The notes: a model not told the origin generated them from the sequence alone. A stretch of DNA of 32,000 nt from Mycobacterium tuberculosis H37Rv (GCF_000195955.2 NC_000962.3:1470001-1502000); one strand, 5' to 3'; positions 1 to 12,510 are shown, numbered from the stretch's first letter. A program made the numbers and translations.

Positions 1-252
1 GTTTTCCACTATCGGAGTCGACAGATCCGCACCGGCATCGAACAAGTCGTTCTGGATCTGCCGCAGCACATCCGTGATTTGAGTGTCCGGGTGGCCCAGC
101 GCCAGGGCGGCCCCGATCGCGGCGTTGGCCTCGTCGCAATCCGCGTATGCCACCAGTCGGGCGTCGGTTTTGGCGACACGGGACATATCGCTCAATCCCG
201 TCGTTCCGTCATCGCCGGTTCGGGTATAGATGCGGGTCAGGTGGACTGCCAT
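1..252 (-). CDS. PduO-type ATP:cob(I)alamin adenosyltransferase, N-terminal 84 codons only (gene runs off the left edge; Rv1314c-like)
   Basis: Hand translation of the minus strand from ATG at 252-250 gives MAVHLTRIYTRTGDDGTTGLSDMSRVAKTDARLVAYADCDEANAAIGAALALGHPDTQITDVLRQIQNDLFDAGADLSTPIVEN. The IYTRTGDDGTTGL start is the hallmark N-terminus of PduO/MMAB-type adenosyltransferases. The frame is open to the window edge, so it is absent from the ORF track. Confidence 0.8.
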   Translation of the reverse strand, partial: MAVHLTRIYTRTGDDGTTGLSDMSRVAKTDARLVAYADCDEANAAIGAALALGHPDTQITDVLRQIQNDLFDAGADLSTPIVEN

Positions 253-258
253 GAGCAA

Positions 259-264
259 ACGGTA
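259..264 (-). promoter_or_regulatory. candidate -10 hexamer with leaderless geometry for the adenosyltransferase gene
   Basis: Minus strand reads TACCGT ttgctc ATG: a TANNNT hexamer, 6-nt spacer, then the start codon at 252-250. There is no room for a Shine-Dalgarno. Confidence 0.4.
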
Positions 265-308
265 CTCGCTGACTGGCTTGGCTCACTGACAAGGCAAAAC
301 CCCTTTAC

Positions 309-314
309 TACACT
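309..314 (+). promoter_or_regulatory. candidate -10 hexamer with leaderless geometry for murA
   Basis: TACACT gaccgg GTG: a TANNNT hexamer, 6-nt spacer, then the GTG start at 321. Confidence 0.4.
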
Positions 315-320
315 GACCGG

Positions 321-1577
321 GTGGCCGAGCGTTTCGTCGTGACTGGGGGCAACCGGTTATCAGGCGAAGTGGCCGTCGGCGGCGCCAAGAACAGCGTGCT
401 CAAGCTCATGGCTGCGACGTTGTTGGCCGAGGGCACCAGCACGATCACCAACTGTCCCGACATCCTCGATGTGCCGCTGATGGCGGAGGTACTGCGTGGT
501 CTGGGCGCCACCGTCGAACTCGACGGTGACGTGGCCCGGATCACCGCACCTGACGAGCCGAAGTACGATGCCGACTTCGCTGCGGTGCGGCAATTCCGCG
601 CCTCGGTCTGTGTGCTGGGACCGCTGGTCGGGCGGTGCAAACGGGCCAGGGTCGCGCTGCCGGGCGGTGACGCGATCGGGTCGCGTCCGTTGGATATGCA
701 CCAGGCGGGCCTACGGCAATTGGGTGCCCACTGCAACATCGAGCACGGCTGCGTGGTAGCCCGAGCGGAAACGTTGCGCGGTGCGGAGATTCAGTTGGAG
801 TTCCCCTCGGTGGGAGCCACCGAGAACATCTTGATGGCCGCCGTGGTGGCCGAGGGAGTCACCACTATTCACAATGCGGCTCGAGAACCCGACGTCGTCG
901 ACTTGTGCACGATGTTGAACCAGATGGGCGCACAGGTCGAAGGTGCGGGTTCGCCGACAATGACCATCACCGGTGTCCCGCGGCTGCATCCAACCGAGCA
1001 CCGGGTGATCGGAGACCGTATCGTTGCCGCCACATGGGGCATCGCTGCCGCAATGACCCGTGGTGATATATCAGTGGCGGGCGTAGACCCGGCGCATCTG
1101 CAGCTGGTGCTGCACAAATTGCACGACGCGGGCGCAACCGTCACCCAGACTGACGCCAGCTTCCGGGTGACCCAGTACGAGCGTCCGAAGGCTGTCAACG
1201 TTGCGACCTTGCCGTTCCCCGGGTTTCCCACGGATCTGCAGCCGATGGCTATCGCTTTGGCGTCGATCGCCGACGGCACATCGATGATCACGGAGAACGT
1301 GTTCGAGGCGCGGTTCCGCTTCGTTGAAGAGATGATCCGGCTCGGTGCAGACGCTCGGACCGACGGGCACCACGCCGTGGTGCGGGGCCTCCCGCAGCTG
1401 TCGAGCGCTCCGGTGTGGTGTTCGGACATCCGTGCCGGGGCCGGCTTGGTGCTGGCGGGGCTCGTTGCCGACGGCGACACCGAGGTCCACGATGTATTCC
1501 ACATCGATCGCGGATATCCGTTGTTCGTGGAGAACCTGGTGAGTCTCGGTGCCGAGATCGAACGGGTATGCTGTTAG
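321..1577 (+). CDS. murA: UDP-N-acetylglucosamine 1-carboxyvinyltransferase MurA (418 aa)
   Basis: ORF 321-1577 with GTG start. MurA motifs present: [19 protein letters not shown], active-site loop [23 protein letters not shown]. It lies directly upstream of the rrn operon, as in mycobacteria. Confidence 0.97.
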
Positions 1578-1620
1578 GCGACGGTCACCTATGGATATCT
1601 ATGGATGACCGAACCTGGTC

Positions 1621-1650
1621 TTGACTCCATTGCCGGATTTGTATTAGACT
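1621..1650 (+). promoter_or_regulatory. principal rRNA operon promoter (-35 TTGACT, 18-nt spacer, -10 TAGACT)
   Basis: TTGACT at 1621-1626 and TAGACT at 1645-1650, a near-consensus housekeeping-sigma promoter about 195 nt upstream of the mature 16S 5' end. It is followed by a GC hairpin (cgccc cgaagc gggcg) and BoxA. Confidence 0.7.
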
Positions 1651-1688
1651 GGCAGGGTCGCCCCGAAGCGGGCGGAAACAAGCAAGCG

Positions 1689-1704
1689 TGTTGTTTGAGA
1701 ACTC
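1689..1704 (+). promoter_or_regulatory. rrn leader BoxA-like antitermination element
   Basis: TGTTGTTTGAGAACTC. The core TGTTTGAGAACT followed by ATAGTG is repeated in the 16S-23S spacer (3558-3579). Position and sequence fit the BoxA (NusB/NusE site) of mycobacterial rrn leaders. Confidence 0.65.
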
Positions 1705-1818
1705 AATAGTGTGTTTGGTGGTTTCACATTTTTGTTGTTATTTTTGGCCATGCTCTTGATGCCCCGTTGTCGGGGGCGTGGCCGTTTGTTTTGTCAGGAT
1801 ATTTCTAAATACCTTTGG

Positions 1819-1837
1819 CTCCCTTTTCCAAAGGGAG
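1819..1837 (+). other. perfect 8-bp stem-loop CTCCCTTT-tcc-AAAGGGAG, 9 nt upstream of the 16S 5' end
   Basis: Bases 1819-1826 are the exact reverse complement of 1830-1837. The arms resemble an anti-SD and an SD tract. Confidence 0.6.
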
Positions 1838-1845
1838 TGTTTGGG

Positions 1846-3386
<1,541 letters not shown>

Positions 3387-3557
3387 AGCACCACGAAAAC
3401 GCCCCAACTGGTGGGGCGTAGGCCGTGAGGGGTTCTTGTCTGTAGTGGGCGAGAGCCGGGTGCATGACAACAAAGTTGGCCACCAACACACTGTTGGGTC
3501 CTGAGGCAACACTCGGACTTGTTCCAGGTGTTGTCCCACCGCCTTGGTGGTGGGGTG

Positions 3558-3573
3558 TGGTGTTTGAGAACTG
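3558..3573 (+). promoter_or_regulatory. spacer BoxA-like element in the 16S-23S ITS
   Basis: TGGTGTTTGAGAACTG followed by GATAGTG. It shares the 12-nt core TGTTTGAGAACT with the leader copy at 1693-1704. The ITS (3383-3657) contains no tRNA gene. Confidence 0.6.
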
Positions 3574-3657
3574 GATAGTGGTTGCGAGCATCAATGGATA
3601 CGCTGCCGGCTAGCGGTGGCGTGTTCTTTGTGCAATATTCTTTGGTTTTTGTTGTGT

Positions 3658-6795
<3,138 letters not shown>

Positions 6796-6796
6796 C

Positions 6797-6818
6797 CCTC
6801 CCTTTTGGAAAAGGGAGG
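6797..6818 (+). other. 22-nt perfect palindrome CCTCCCTTTTGGAAAAGGGAGG starting 2 nt after the 23S 3' end
   Basis: 6797-6806 is the reverse complement of 6809-6818. It shares the CTCCCTTT / AAAGGGAG arms with the hairpin at 1819-1837. Confidence 0.6.
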
Positions 6819-6898
6819 CAAAAACAAACTCGCAACCACATCCGTTCACGGCGCTAGCCGTGCGTCCACACCCCCCACCAGAACAAATTTGCATAGAG

Positions 6899-7013
6899 TT
6901 ACGGCGGCCACAGCGGCAGGGAAACGCCCGGTCCCATTCCGAACCCGGAAGCTAAGCCTGCCAGCGCCGATGATACTGCCCCTCCGGGTGGAAAAGTAGG
7001 ACACCGCCGAACA
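6899..7013 (+). rRNA. rrf: 5S ribosomal RNA (115 nt)
   Basis: TTACGGCGGCCACAGCGGCAGGGAAACGCCCGGTCCCATTCCGAACCCGGAAGCTAAGCCTGCCAGCGCCGATGATACTG... is a typical 5S loop/helix sequence. It is followed immediately by a terminator hairpin. Confidence 0.93.
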
Positions 7014-7014
7014 T

Positions 7015-7048
7015 ACAAAAACACCCCCGGTAACGGTGGTGTTTTTGT
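7015..7048 (+). terminator. intrinsic terminator of the rrn operon (A/T-flanked hairpin, potentially bidirectional)
   Basis: ACAAAAACACC (7015-7025) pairs perfectly with GGTGTTTTTGT (7038-7048). The T5 run is on the 3' arm and an A5 run on the 5' arm, so the structure is symmetric for both strands. Confidence 0.7.
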
Positions 7049-7133
7049 ATGTTTATATCGACTCAGCCGCTCGCGAGCGGGCGAATTATGGCTTCGATTT
7101 TCGCAATGACGATACCCTCGCGGGCGGGGGCGC

Positions 7134-7631
7134 TCAGTCGAAGAGCGTCAAGTCTGCGGGCGCCCGGCTTTTCTCCAACTCGAGCAGAGCTCGTTTCCGG
7201 TTGATTCCACCGCCGTACCCGGTGAGCTTTCCGCTGGCGCCGATCACGCGGTGGCACGGGACGATGATGGCGATGGGATTGTGGCCGTTGGCCAATCCCA
7301 CGGCGCGTGCGGCGCCGGGGGCGCCGATCTGGTCGGCGATTTCCCCGTAGGACCGGGTTTCCCCGTACGGGATTGTCAGCAATGCTTTCCATACTCGTTG
7401 CTGAAAGTCGGTTCCCCGGAGGTCAAGTTCCACATCGAATTCGGTGAGCTCGCCGGCGAAATAAGCGTTGAGTTGGTCGACAGCGCCAGAAAATGCGCCG
7501 GGGTCGGGTGTCCAGTGTGTGCGGCTTGGCTCATACGTCTGCTCGAGCATCCGCAGGTTCGTCAACACCGAGCCATGCCCGGCCAGGGTTAATGGCCCGA
7601 TGGGGCTATCGATGGTGCGGTAGTGAATCAT
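7134..7631 (-). CDS. ogt: O6-methylguanine-DNA methyltransferase Ogt (165 aa)
   Basis: Active-site motif IIVPCHRVIG. The product starts MIHYRTIDSPIGPLTLAGHG. The ATG at 7631-7629 overlaps the alkA stop (ATGA, 7628-7631). The 183-aa track ORF (to 7685) is an upstream in-frame extension inside alkA. Confidence 0.92.
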   Translation of the reverse strand: MIHYRTIDSPIGPLTLAGHGSVLTNLRMLEQTYEPSRTHWTPDPGAFSGAVDQLNAYFAGELTEFDVELDLRGTDFQQRVWKALLTIPYGETRSYGEIADQIGAPGAARAVGLANGHNPIAIIVPCHRVIGASGKLTGYGGGINRKRALLELEKSRAPADLTLFD

Positions 7632-9118
7632 GCGATCTTCTCCTGCGGTGGCCATTGGTTTACCGGATGTTCCAGGGTGGTCCACAGGTGCTGGGTGGCA
7701 TAGGAGCGCCAGGGGCGCCAGCGAGCGCTGTGCACCGTCAGGGCTCGTCGTTGTGCAGGCAGGCCCAGCTTTTTGGCGGCCAGCCGCAGGCCGAGATCAC
7801 TGGCCGGAAAGGCGTCCGGGTCACCGAGGCCGCGCATGGCGATGACCTCCGCGGTCCAGGGGCCCACTCCGGGCAGCGCTAGCAACTGCCCGCGGGCGCG
7901 TTGCCAGTCACATCCGGCGTCCAGGACCAGACTTTTGTCGGCAAGGCTGGCGACGAGCGCGTTTATGGTCCTTTGACGCGCCTTGGGGACGGCCAGATGG
8001 CCGGGATCGATCTCAGCGAGCTGCTCGATCGACGGGAAGGTGTGGGTCAAAGCGCCGTGGCGATCGTGGACCGGCCGTCCGTAGGCGGCGACCAGTCGGC
8101 CCGCGTGAGTGCTTGCGGCCTTCGTCGATACCTGTTGGGCGAGGACCGCCCGCACGGCGAATTCTGCCTCGTCGACTGTGCGGGGAATGCGTTGCCCGGG
8201 TGCCTTGCCCACCACTGCGCGCAGATCCGGATCGGCGCCCAGCGCCTCGACGATCGCTTCGGGATCGGCGTCGAGGTCCAGCAGCCGTCGGCAACGTGCA
8301 GTGGCCGTCATCAGGTCGCGGAAATCATCGAGCACAAGCAGGCAGCGCACATGATCGGGTGCCGGCGTCAGGCTGACGATGCCGTTGCCCCATGGGAGCC
8401 GTAGCGTGCGTCGGTACGCACCATCGCGGACCTCTTCGCAACCCGGCACCGCGGTGGCGGCCAGATGGCCGAAAACACCCTCGAAGGCGAATGGTGCACG
8501 GACGGGTAGCCGCAGCGACACCGTGCCCGCTGATGCGGTGGCAGACTCGAATCGGGCGGCCGCGCGCGCACGCAATGCCGTCGGTGTGCCGTCGCACGCC
8601 AGGCGAACGGTGTCGTTGAACTGACGGATGCTGGAAAACCCGGCGGCGAATGCGACATCGCCGAACGGCAGGTTCGTGGTCTCGATCAGCACCCGGGCGG
8701 TCTGCATGCGTTGGGCGCGGGCCAACGCGAGCGGACCGGCGCCGACCACGGCCTGCAACAGCCGCTCCAGCTGGCGAATGGTGTAACCGAGCTGGGCCGC
8801 GAGGCCGCTGACACCGTCGCGGTCCACCGTTCCGTCGGCAATCAGCCGCATCGCCCGCGCCACGACGTCACTACGCACATTCCATTCCGGAGACCCAGGC
8901 GAGGCGTCGGGGCGGCACCGTTTGCAGGCCCGGAATCCCTCCCCCTGAGCGGCCGCCGCAGTCGGCAGGAACCGGACATTGCGCGCGAACGGTGGCCGGA
9001 CGGGGCAACTCGGCCGGCAGTAGACACCGGTGGTCAAAACCGCGACGACGAACCAGCCGTCGAACCGGGCGTCTTTGGACTGGATCGCCCGGTAGCAGCG
9101 TTCGAAGTCGTCGTGCAC
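7628..9118 (-). CDS. alkA: Ada N-terminal (Zn methylphosphotriester, AraC HTH) domain fused to AlkA 3-methyladenine DNA glycosylase (496 aa)
   Basis: N-terminal Cys cluster YCRPSC...CKRC with DARFDGWF (Ada Zn domain), an AraC-type HTH region, and a C-terminal HhH-GPD motif LALPGVGPWTAEVIAMRGLGDPDAFPASDLGL. GTG start at 9118. Confidence 0.92.
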   Translation of the reverse strand: MHDDFERCYRAIQSKDARFDGWFVVAVLTTGVYCRPSCPVRPPFARNVRFLPTAAAAQGEGFRACKRCRPDASPGSPEWNVRSDVVARAMRLIADGTVDRDGVSGLAAQLGYTIRQLERLLQAVVGAGPLALARAQRMQTARVLIETTNLPFGDVAFAAGFSSIRQFNDTVRLACDGTPTALRARAAARFESATASAGTVSLRLPVRAPFAFEGVFGHLAATAVPGCEEVRDGAYRRTLRLPWGNGIVSLTPAPDHVRCLLVLDDFRDLMTATARCRRLLDLDADPEAIVEALGADPDLRAVVGKAPGQRIPRTVDEAEFAVRAVLAQQVSTKAASTHAGRLVAAYGRPVHDRHGALTHTFPSIEQLAEIDPGHLAVPKARQRTINALVASLADKSLVLDAGCDWQRARGQLLALPGVGPWTAEVIAMRGLGDPDAFPASDLGLRLAAKKLGLPAQRRALTVHSARWRPWRSYATQHLWTTLEHPVNQWPPQEKIA

Positions 9119-9198
9119 CCTTCAACAATTACACCCGCCCACCGACATGACTGGCGGAAAAACGACATTGTGATGGGGTCGTCGTGGGTTCGGGCAGG

Positions 9199-10824
9199 TT
9201 ACCTACGCGGCTTGGTCAGCCCGACCGGCTTGGCCAGCCGGACCGGTTGGTCGTGCCCACGAAGTTTCACATGCCTACCCAAAGACCAACGGGCGCGCTC
9301 CTCTTCGCTTGCGGCGTCCACGGCCTGTGCCGAAGCCAGCAACTTGCCGGGACGCGATTTGGCCAGTTCGCACAATCGGGCCGCCTCGTTGACCGGCTCC
9401 CCGATCACGGTGTACTCGAACCGTTCTCGGGCACCCACGTTGCCGGCAATGACCTGCCCCGCCGCCACGCCGATCCCGGCCTGGCACTCGGGCATTTCGT
9501 TGACCAGCCGATCGGCTATCGCCCGCGCGGCGGCCAGTGCCTTGTCTTCGGGACAGGGAAGCCGGTTCGGGGCGCCGAAGATGGTTAGCGACGCGTCCCC
9601 CTCGAACTTGTTGACCAATCCGTGGTGGCGGTCGACCTCGTCGACGACAATCGCGAAGAACTTGTTGAGCAGCTTGACGACGTCGGCCGGCGGCCGGCTG
9701 GTCACCAATTGCGTCGAGCCGACGATGTCGATGAACACGACGGCGACGTGGCGTTCTTCGCCGCCCAGTTTCGAACGTTCACGCTCGGCGGCGGCGGCGA
9801 CTTCGCGTCCGACGTGGCGGCCGAACAGATCGCGCACTCGTTCGCGCTCCCGCAGTCCGGCGACCATCGCGTTGAAACCACGCTGCAGCTCGCCGAGTTC
9901 GGTGCCGTCGAAGACCACCAGGTTGGTCCGTAGCTCGCCCCGCTCGACGCGCCGCAGCGCCGCACGCACCACCCGCACCGGGGTCGCCGTCAGCCAGGCC
10001 AGGATCCACATCAGGATGAACCCGAACACCAATGTGACCATCGAGATGATCAGCACGCCCGTCGCGAACTGCATCCGAGTGAGATTGAGCAGCACCATTT
10101 CGAACATCGCCATCAGGGCGATGCCGACGACGGGTACTCCCGAACCGAGCAGCCACACCACCATGGTCCGGCCCAGGATTCCCGGCGCCAACCGGCGTGG
10201 CGGCGGCCCGGCCTCGAGCGCCTGGGCGGCGAACGGGCGCAATGCGAACTCGGTATGCAGATAGGTTGCGGTTGCGACCAATACGCCGCAAAAGCTGACC
10301 GCGAACAGGAATCGCGGGATGAACGCGTTGTTGATCAGGCCGTAGAGTGTCGTCAAGAGCGCCGTGCCAACACCCCAGAACATGAGGTGGCCCACGGCGA
10401 CTCGCCAGGGGGCCAGGAAGGTGCGGCGCTCCTCCTCACGAGTCGGTTTCCGTCCTTCGATCGCCCAGCGCAGGGCTTGCACGGTCTGCCTGGTCAGTGC
10501 GTAGCTACCCAAAGCGAGGGCTAGCAGGACATAGCCCGGTACCACCCCGAACGTGAGCCACCGTGGCGTGTCGCGAACGATGCTCGGTTCGGGGATGGCG
10601 ATCGTCACCAATAGCAGGGCAACCCCGATGCCGAGCAGGTTCGCGGTCACGACCAGCGCGGTCAGCATGACCTGGATCCGTACCCGTCGGCGCCGTTGGC
10701 TTTCCGAAACCCGCCCAAGCAGCCAGGAGCCGTACGCGGGAGTTTCTGGCAGCCGGCCGCTCTGCCGGGTCACCGTCTCCAGCACCCGACCCAAGCGTTG
10801 CGCCGTGCTCTTCTTGGCCGACAT
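9199..10824 (-). CDS. membrane-anchored class III adenylyl cyclase, 6TM-HAMP-CHD (541 aa; Rv1318c-like)
   Basis: Hydrophobic N-terminal half, a HAMP-like linker (PVRVVRAALRRVERGEL...GELQRGFNAMV) and cyclase motifs VVFIDIVGSTQL, FEGDASLTIFGAP, GIGVAAGQVIAGNVG, EYTVIGEPVNEAARL. Confidence 0.93.
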   Translation of the reverse strand: MSAKKSTAQRLGRVLETVTRQSGRLPETPAYGSWLLGRVSESQRRRRVRIQVMLTALVVTANLLGIGVALLLVTIAIPEPSIVRDTPRWLTFGVVPGYVLLALALGSYALTRQTVQALRWAIEGRKPTREEERRTFLAPWRVAVGHLMFWGVGTALLTTLYGLINNAFIPRFLFAVSFCGVLVATATYLHTEFALRPFAAQALEAGPPPRRLAPGILGRTMVVWLLGSGVPVVGIALMAMFEMVLLNLTRMQFATGVLIISMVTLVFGFILMWILAWLTATPVRVVRAALRRVERGELRTNLVVFDGTELGELQRGFNAMVAGLRERERVRDLFGRHVGREVAAAAERERSKLGGEERHVAVVFIDIVGSTQLVTSRPPADVVKLLNKFFAIVVDEVDRHHGLVNKFEGDASLTIFGAPNRLPCPEDKALAAARAIADRLVNEMPECQAGIGVAAGQVIAGNVGARERFEYTVIGEPVNEAARLCELAKSRPGKLLASAQAVDAASEEERARWSLGRHVKLRGHDQPVRLAKPVGLTKPRR

Positions 10825-10834
10825 TGTGGCGTCA

Positions 10835-10840
10835 GACTAG
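10835..10840 (-). promoter_or_regulatory. candidate -10 hexamer (TAGTCT) 9 nt upstream of the first cyclase ATG
   Basis: Minus strand reads TAGTCT gacgccaca ATG. The same TANNNT-GACGyCACm-ATG block is present in front of all three cyclase paralogues. Confidence 0.4.
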
Positions 10841-10849
10841 TTTGTCGAA

Positions 10850-10861
10850 GAGTCGGGTGCG
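10850..10861 (+). repeat. 12-nt trace of the nucS start region (GAGTCGGGTGCG)
   Basis: Identical to 14281-14292, which spans the two candidate nucS GTG starts. It lies in the 69-nt gap between cyclase 2 stop and cyclase 1 start. It is short, so it only supports the longer relic at 12547-12607. Confidence 0.3.
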
Positions 10862-10893
10862 ACCGGTTGGCGCGCTCGTGTTGTTTGCCCGGC

Positions 10894-12501
10894 TTAGGTG
10901 GGCACGGCCAGCCGAGTCGGCTGCTCATGTCCGCGCAGCGTCACCGTCTCGCCCAAAGACCAATGGGCACGTTCGGTTTCGCTGGCAGCGTGCAGTGTGT
11001 CCGAGGATGCTAGCAATCGCGCGGGGTGTGATTTGGCCAGTTCGCACAATCGGGCCGCCTGGTTGACCGGCTTGCCGACCACTGTGTATTCGAATCTTTG
11101 CTTGGCGCCGACATTGCCGGCGACGATCTGGCCTGCCGCCACCCCGATGCCGGCTTGGACCTCGGGCATCTCGTTGGCCAGCCGATCGGCTATGGCCCGG
11201 GCGGCGGCCAGCGCGGCGTCTTCGGGACGGTCGAGGCGGTTCGGGGCTCCGAAGATGGCCAGGGCGGCGTCGCCTGCGAACTTGTTGATCAGTCCGTGGT
11301 GACGGTCGACCTCGTTGACGACGATCGCGAAAAACCGGTTGAGGAGCTTGACCACGTGGGCGGCAGGTTGGTTGTCCACCAGCTGGGTGGAGCCGACGAT
11401 GTCGACGAAGACGACGGCGGCGTGGCGGTCTTCGCCGCCTAGCTGTGGTCGTTCACGCTCGGCGGCGGCGGCGACTTCGCGTCCGACGTGGCGGCCGAAA
11501 AGGTCGCGCACGCGTTCGCGCTCGCGCAGGCCGTTGACCATCGCGTTGAAACCACGCTGCAGCTCACCGAGTTCGGTGCCGTCGAACACCACCAGATCCC
11601 CTCGCAGATCCCCCTGCTCGACACGCTTGAGCGCAGCGCGCACCACTCGCACCGGCGCCGCCGTCAGCCAAGCAAGAATCCACATCACGAGAAACCCGAA
11701 GATCAACGTGGTTATCGACAGGATCAACACCGCCGACGCGAGCTGCGTTTCGGTCAGATTGTGCACCAATAGGACGTAGAGCGCTGTCGTGGCGATGCCG
11801 GTCACAGGCACGCCTGAACCTAGCGACCACACCGTCATCGTTCGGCCCATGATGCCCGGTGCAAACCGTCGTGGCGGTCGTCCCGCTTCGAGTGCTTTAG
11901 CGGCTACGGGTCGCAGCGCGAACTCGGTGAACAAGTAGCAATTGGTGGCTACCAAAACGCCGCAGATAGTCACCGAGAACAAAATTATGGTGACGAATAC
12001 GCGGTTGGCCAGCCCGTAGAGCGTGGCCAACAACGCCCCGCCGATATCCCACAGAATGAGGTGGACGGCTGCCACTCGAAACGGGAGCAGCAAGGTGTTG
12101 CGCCCGTCGGCCTGGCTCGGCGCGCGTTCCTCGATCGCCCACCGTATGGACGCTCTGACGATTCGCGTGGTTATCCAGTAGGTGCCGATGGCCAGTGCGA
12201 GCGTCGCATAGGCCGGTGCGACCCCGAAGGTGACCCACCATGGGGCGTCGGTGTAGATGCTAGGCACCGGAAAAGCGAAGGTCACCACTAGCAGCGCGAC
12301 CACGATCCCGGTCAGGTTCGCCGTCATGATATAGACGGTCACGATGCGCTTGATGCGTACCCAGCGACGCGACGGGCTTTCTGACACCCGCCCAAGCAAC
12401 CAGGAGCCATACGCCGGGGTCTCGGGCAGCTGGCCGCACTGACGGGTCATCGTCTCGAGTGCCTGGCCCAGGCGTTGCGCCATGGTCTTTTTCGCCGGCA
12501 T
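10894..12501 (-). CDS. membrane-anchored class III adenylyl cyclase, 6TM-HAMP-CHD (535 aa; Rv1319c-like)
   Basis: Same architecture and motifs as 9199-10824 (VVFVDIVGSTQL, FAGDAALAIFGAP, EYTVVGKPVNQAARL). The HAMP and catalytic halves are highly similar to both neighbours. Confidence 0.93.
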   Translation of the reverse strand: MPAKKTMAQRLGQALETMTRQCGQLPETPAYGSWLLGRVSESPSRRWVRIKRIVTVYIMTANLTGIVVALLVVTFAFPVPSIYTDAPWWVTFGVAPAYATLALAIGTYWITTRIVRASIRWAIEERAPSQADGRNTLLLPFRVAAVHLILWDIGGALLATLYGLANRVFVTIILFSVTICGVLVATNCYLFTEFALRPVAAKALEAGRPPRRFAPGIMGRTMTVWSLGSGVPVTGIATTALYVLLVHNLTETQLASAVLILSITTLIFGFLVMWILAWLTAAPVRVVRAALKRVEQGDLRGDLVVFDGTELGELQRGFNAMVNGLRERERVRDLFGRHVGREVAAAAERERPQLGGEDRHAAVVFVDIVGSTQLVDNQPAAHVVKLLNRFFAIVVNEVDRHHGLINKFAGDAALAIFGAPNRLDRPEDAALAAARAIADRLANEMPEVQAGIGVAAGQIVAGNVGAKQRFEYTVVGKPVNQAARLCELAKSHPARLLASSDTLHAASETERAHWSLGETVTLRGHEQPTRLAVPT

Positions 12502-12510
12502 GGTGGCGTC

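Noticed and set aside
7067-7080. A 14-nt perfect palindrome, CCGCTCGCGAGCGG, between the rrn terminator and the ogt stop, as a possible operator or ogt terminator.
   Set aside because: It is a short GC palindrome of a kind expected by chance in this composition. The stem would be only 5 bp with a tetraloop and no U-tract, and I see no second copy in the window.
7632-7685. N-terminal extensions offered by the ORF track: ogt to 7685, glgE to 24533, pncB1 to 30742, clpS from 30421, the epimerase-like gene to 16401.
   Set aside because: The extensions run into or across neighbouring genes or promoters and add non-conserved-looking residues. In each case an internal start fits family N-termini and/or TANNNT or ATGA-coupling geometry better.
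9119-9198. A promoter or Ada-box assignment upstream of alkA (TGTAAT 9 nt before the GTG; GAAGG adjacent to the start).
   Set aside because: TGTAAT does not fit the TANNNT rule used elsewhere, and the GAAGG is too close to the GTG to act as an SD. No AAAGCGCA-like Ada box is present. I cannot support a specific call from sequence alone.
8711-10264. Long antisense ORFs opposite real genes: 8711-10264 (+, 517 aa), 16311-17729 (-, 472 aa), 22290-23705 (+, 471 aa), 24600-25955 (-, 451 aa), 27142-27900 (-), 28815-29495 (+).
   Set aside because: They are typical stop-codon-poor shadow frames of 65% GC DNA. The products are low-complexity and Arg/Pro/Ala/Ser-rich with no motifs, and each lies opposite a gene with strong family motifs.
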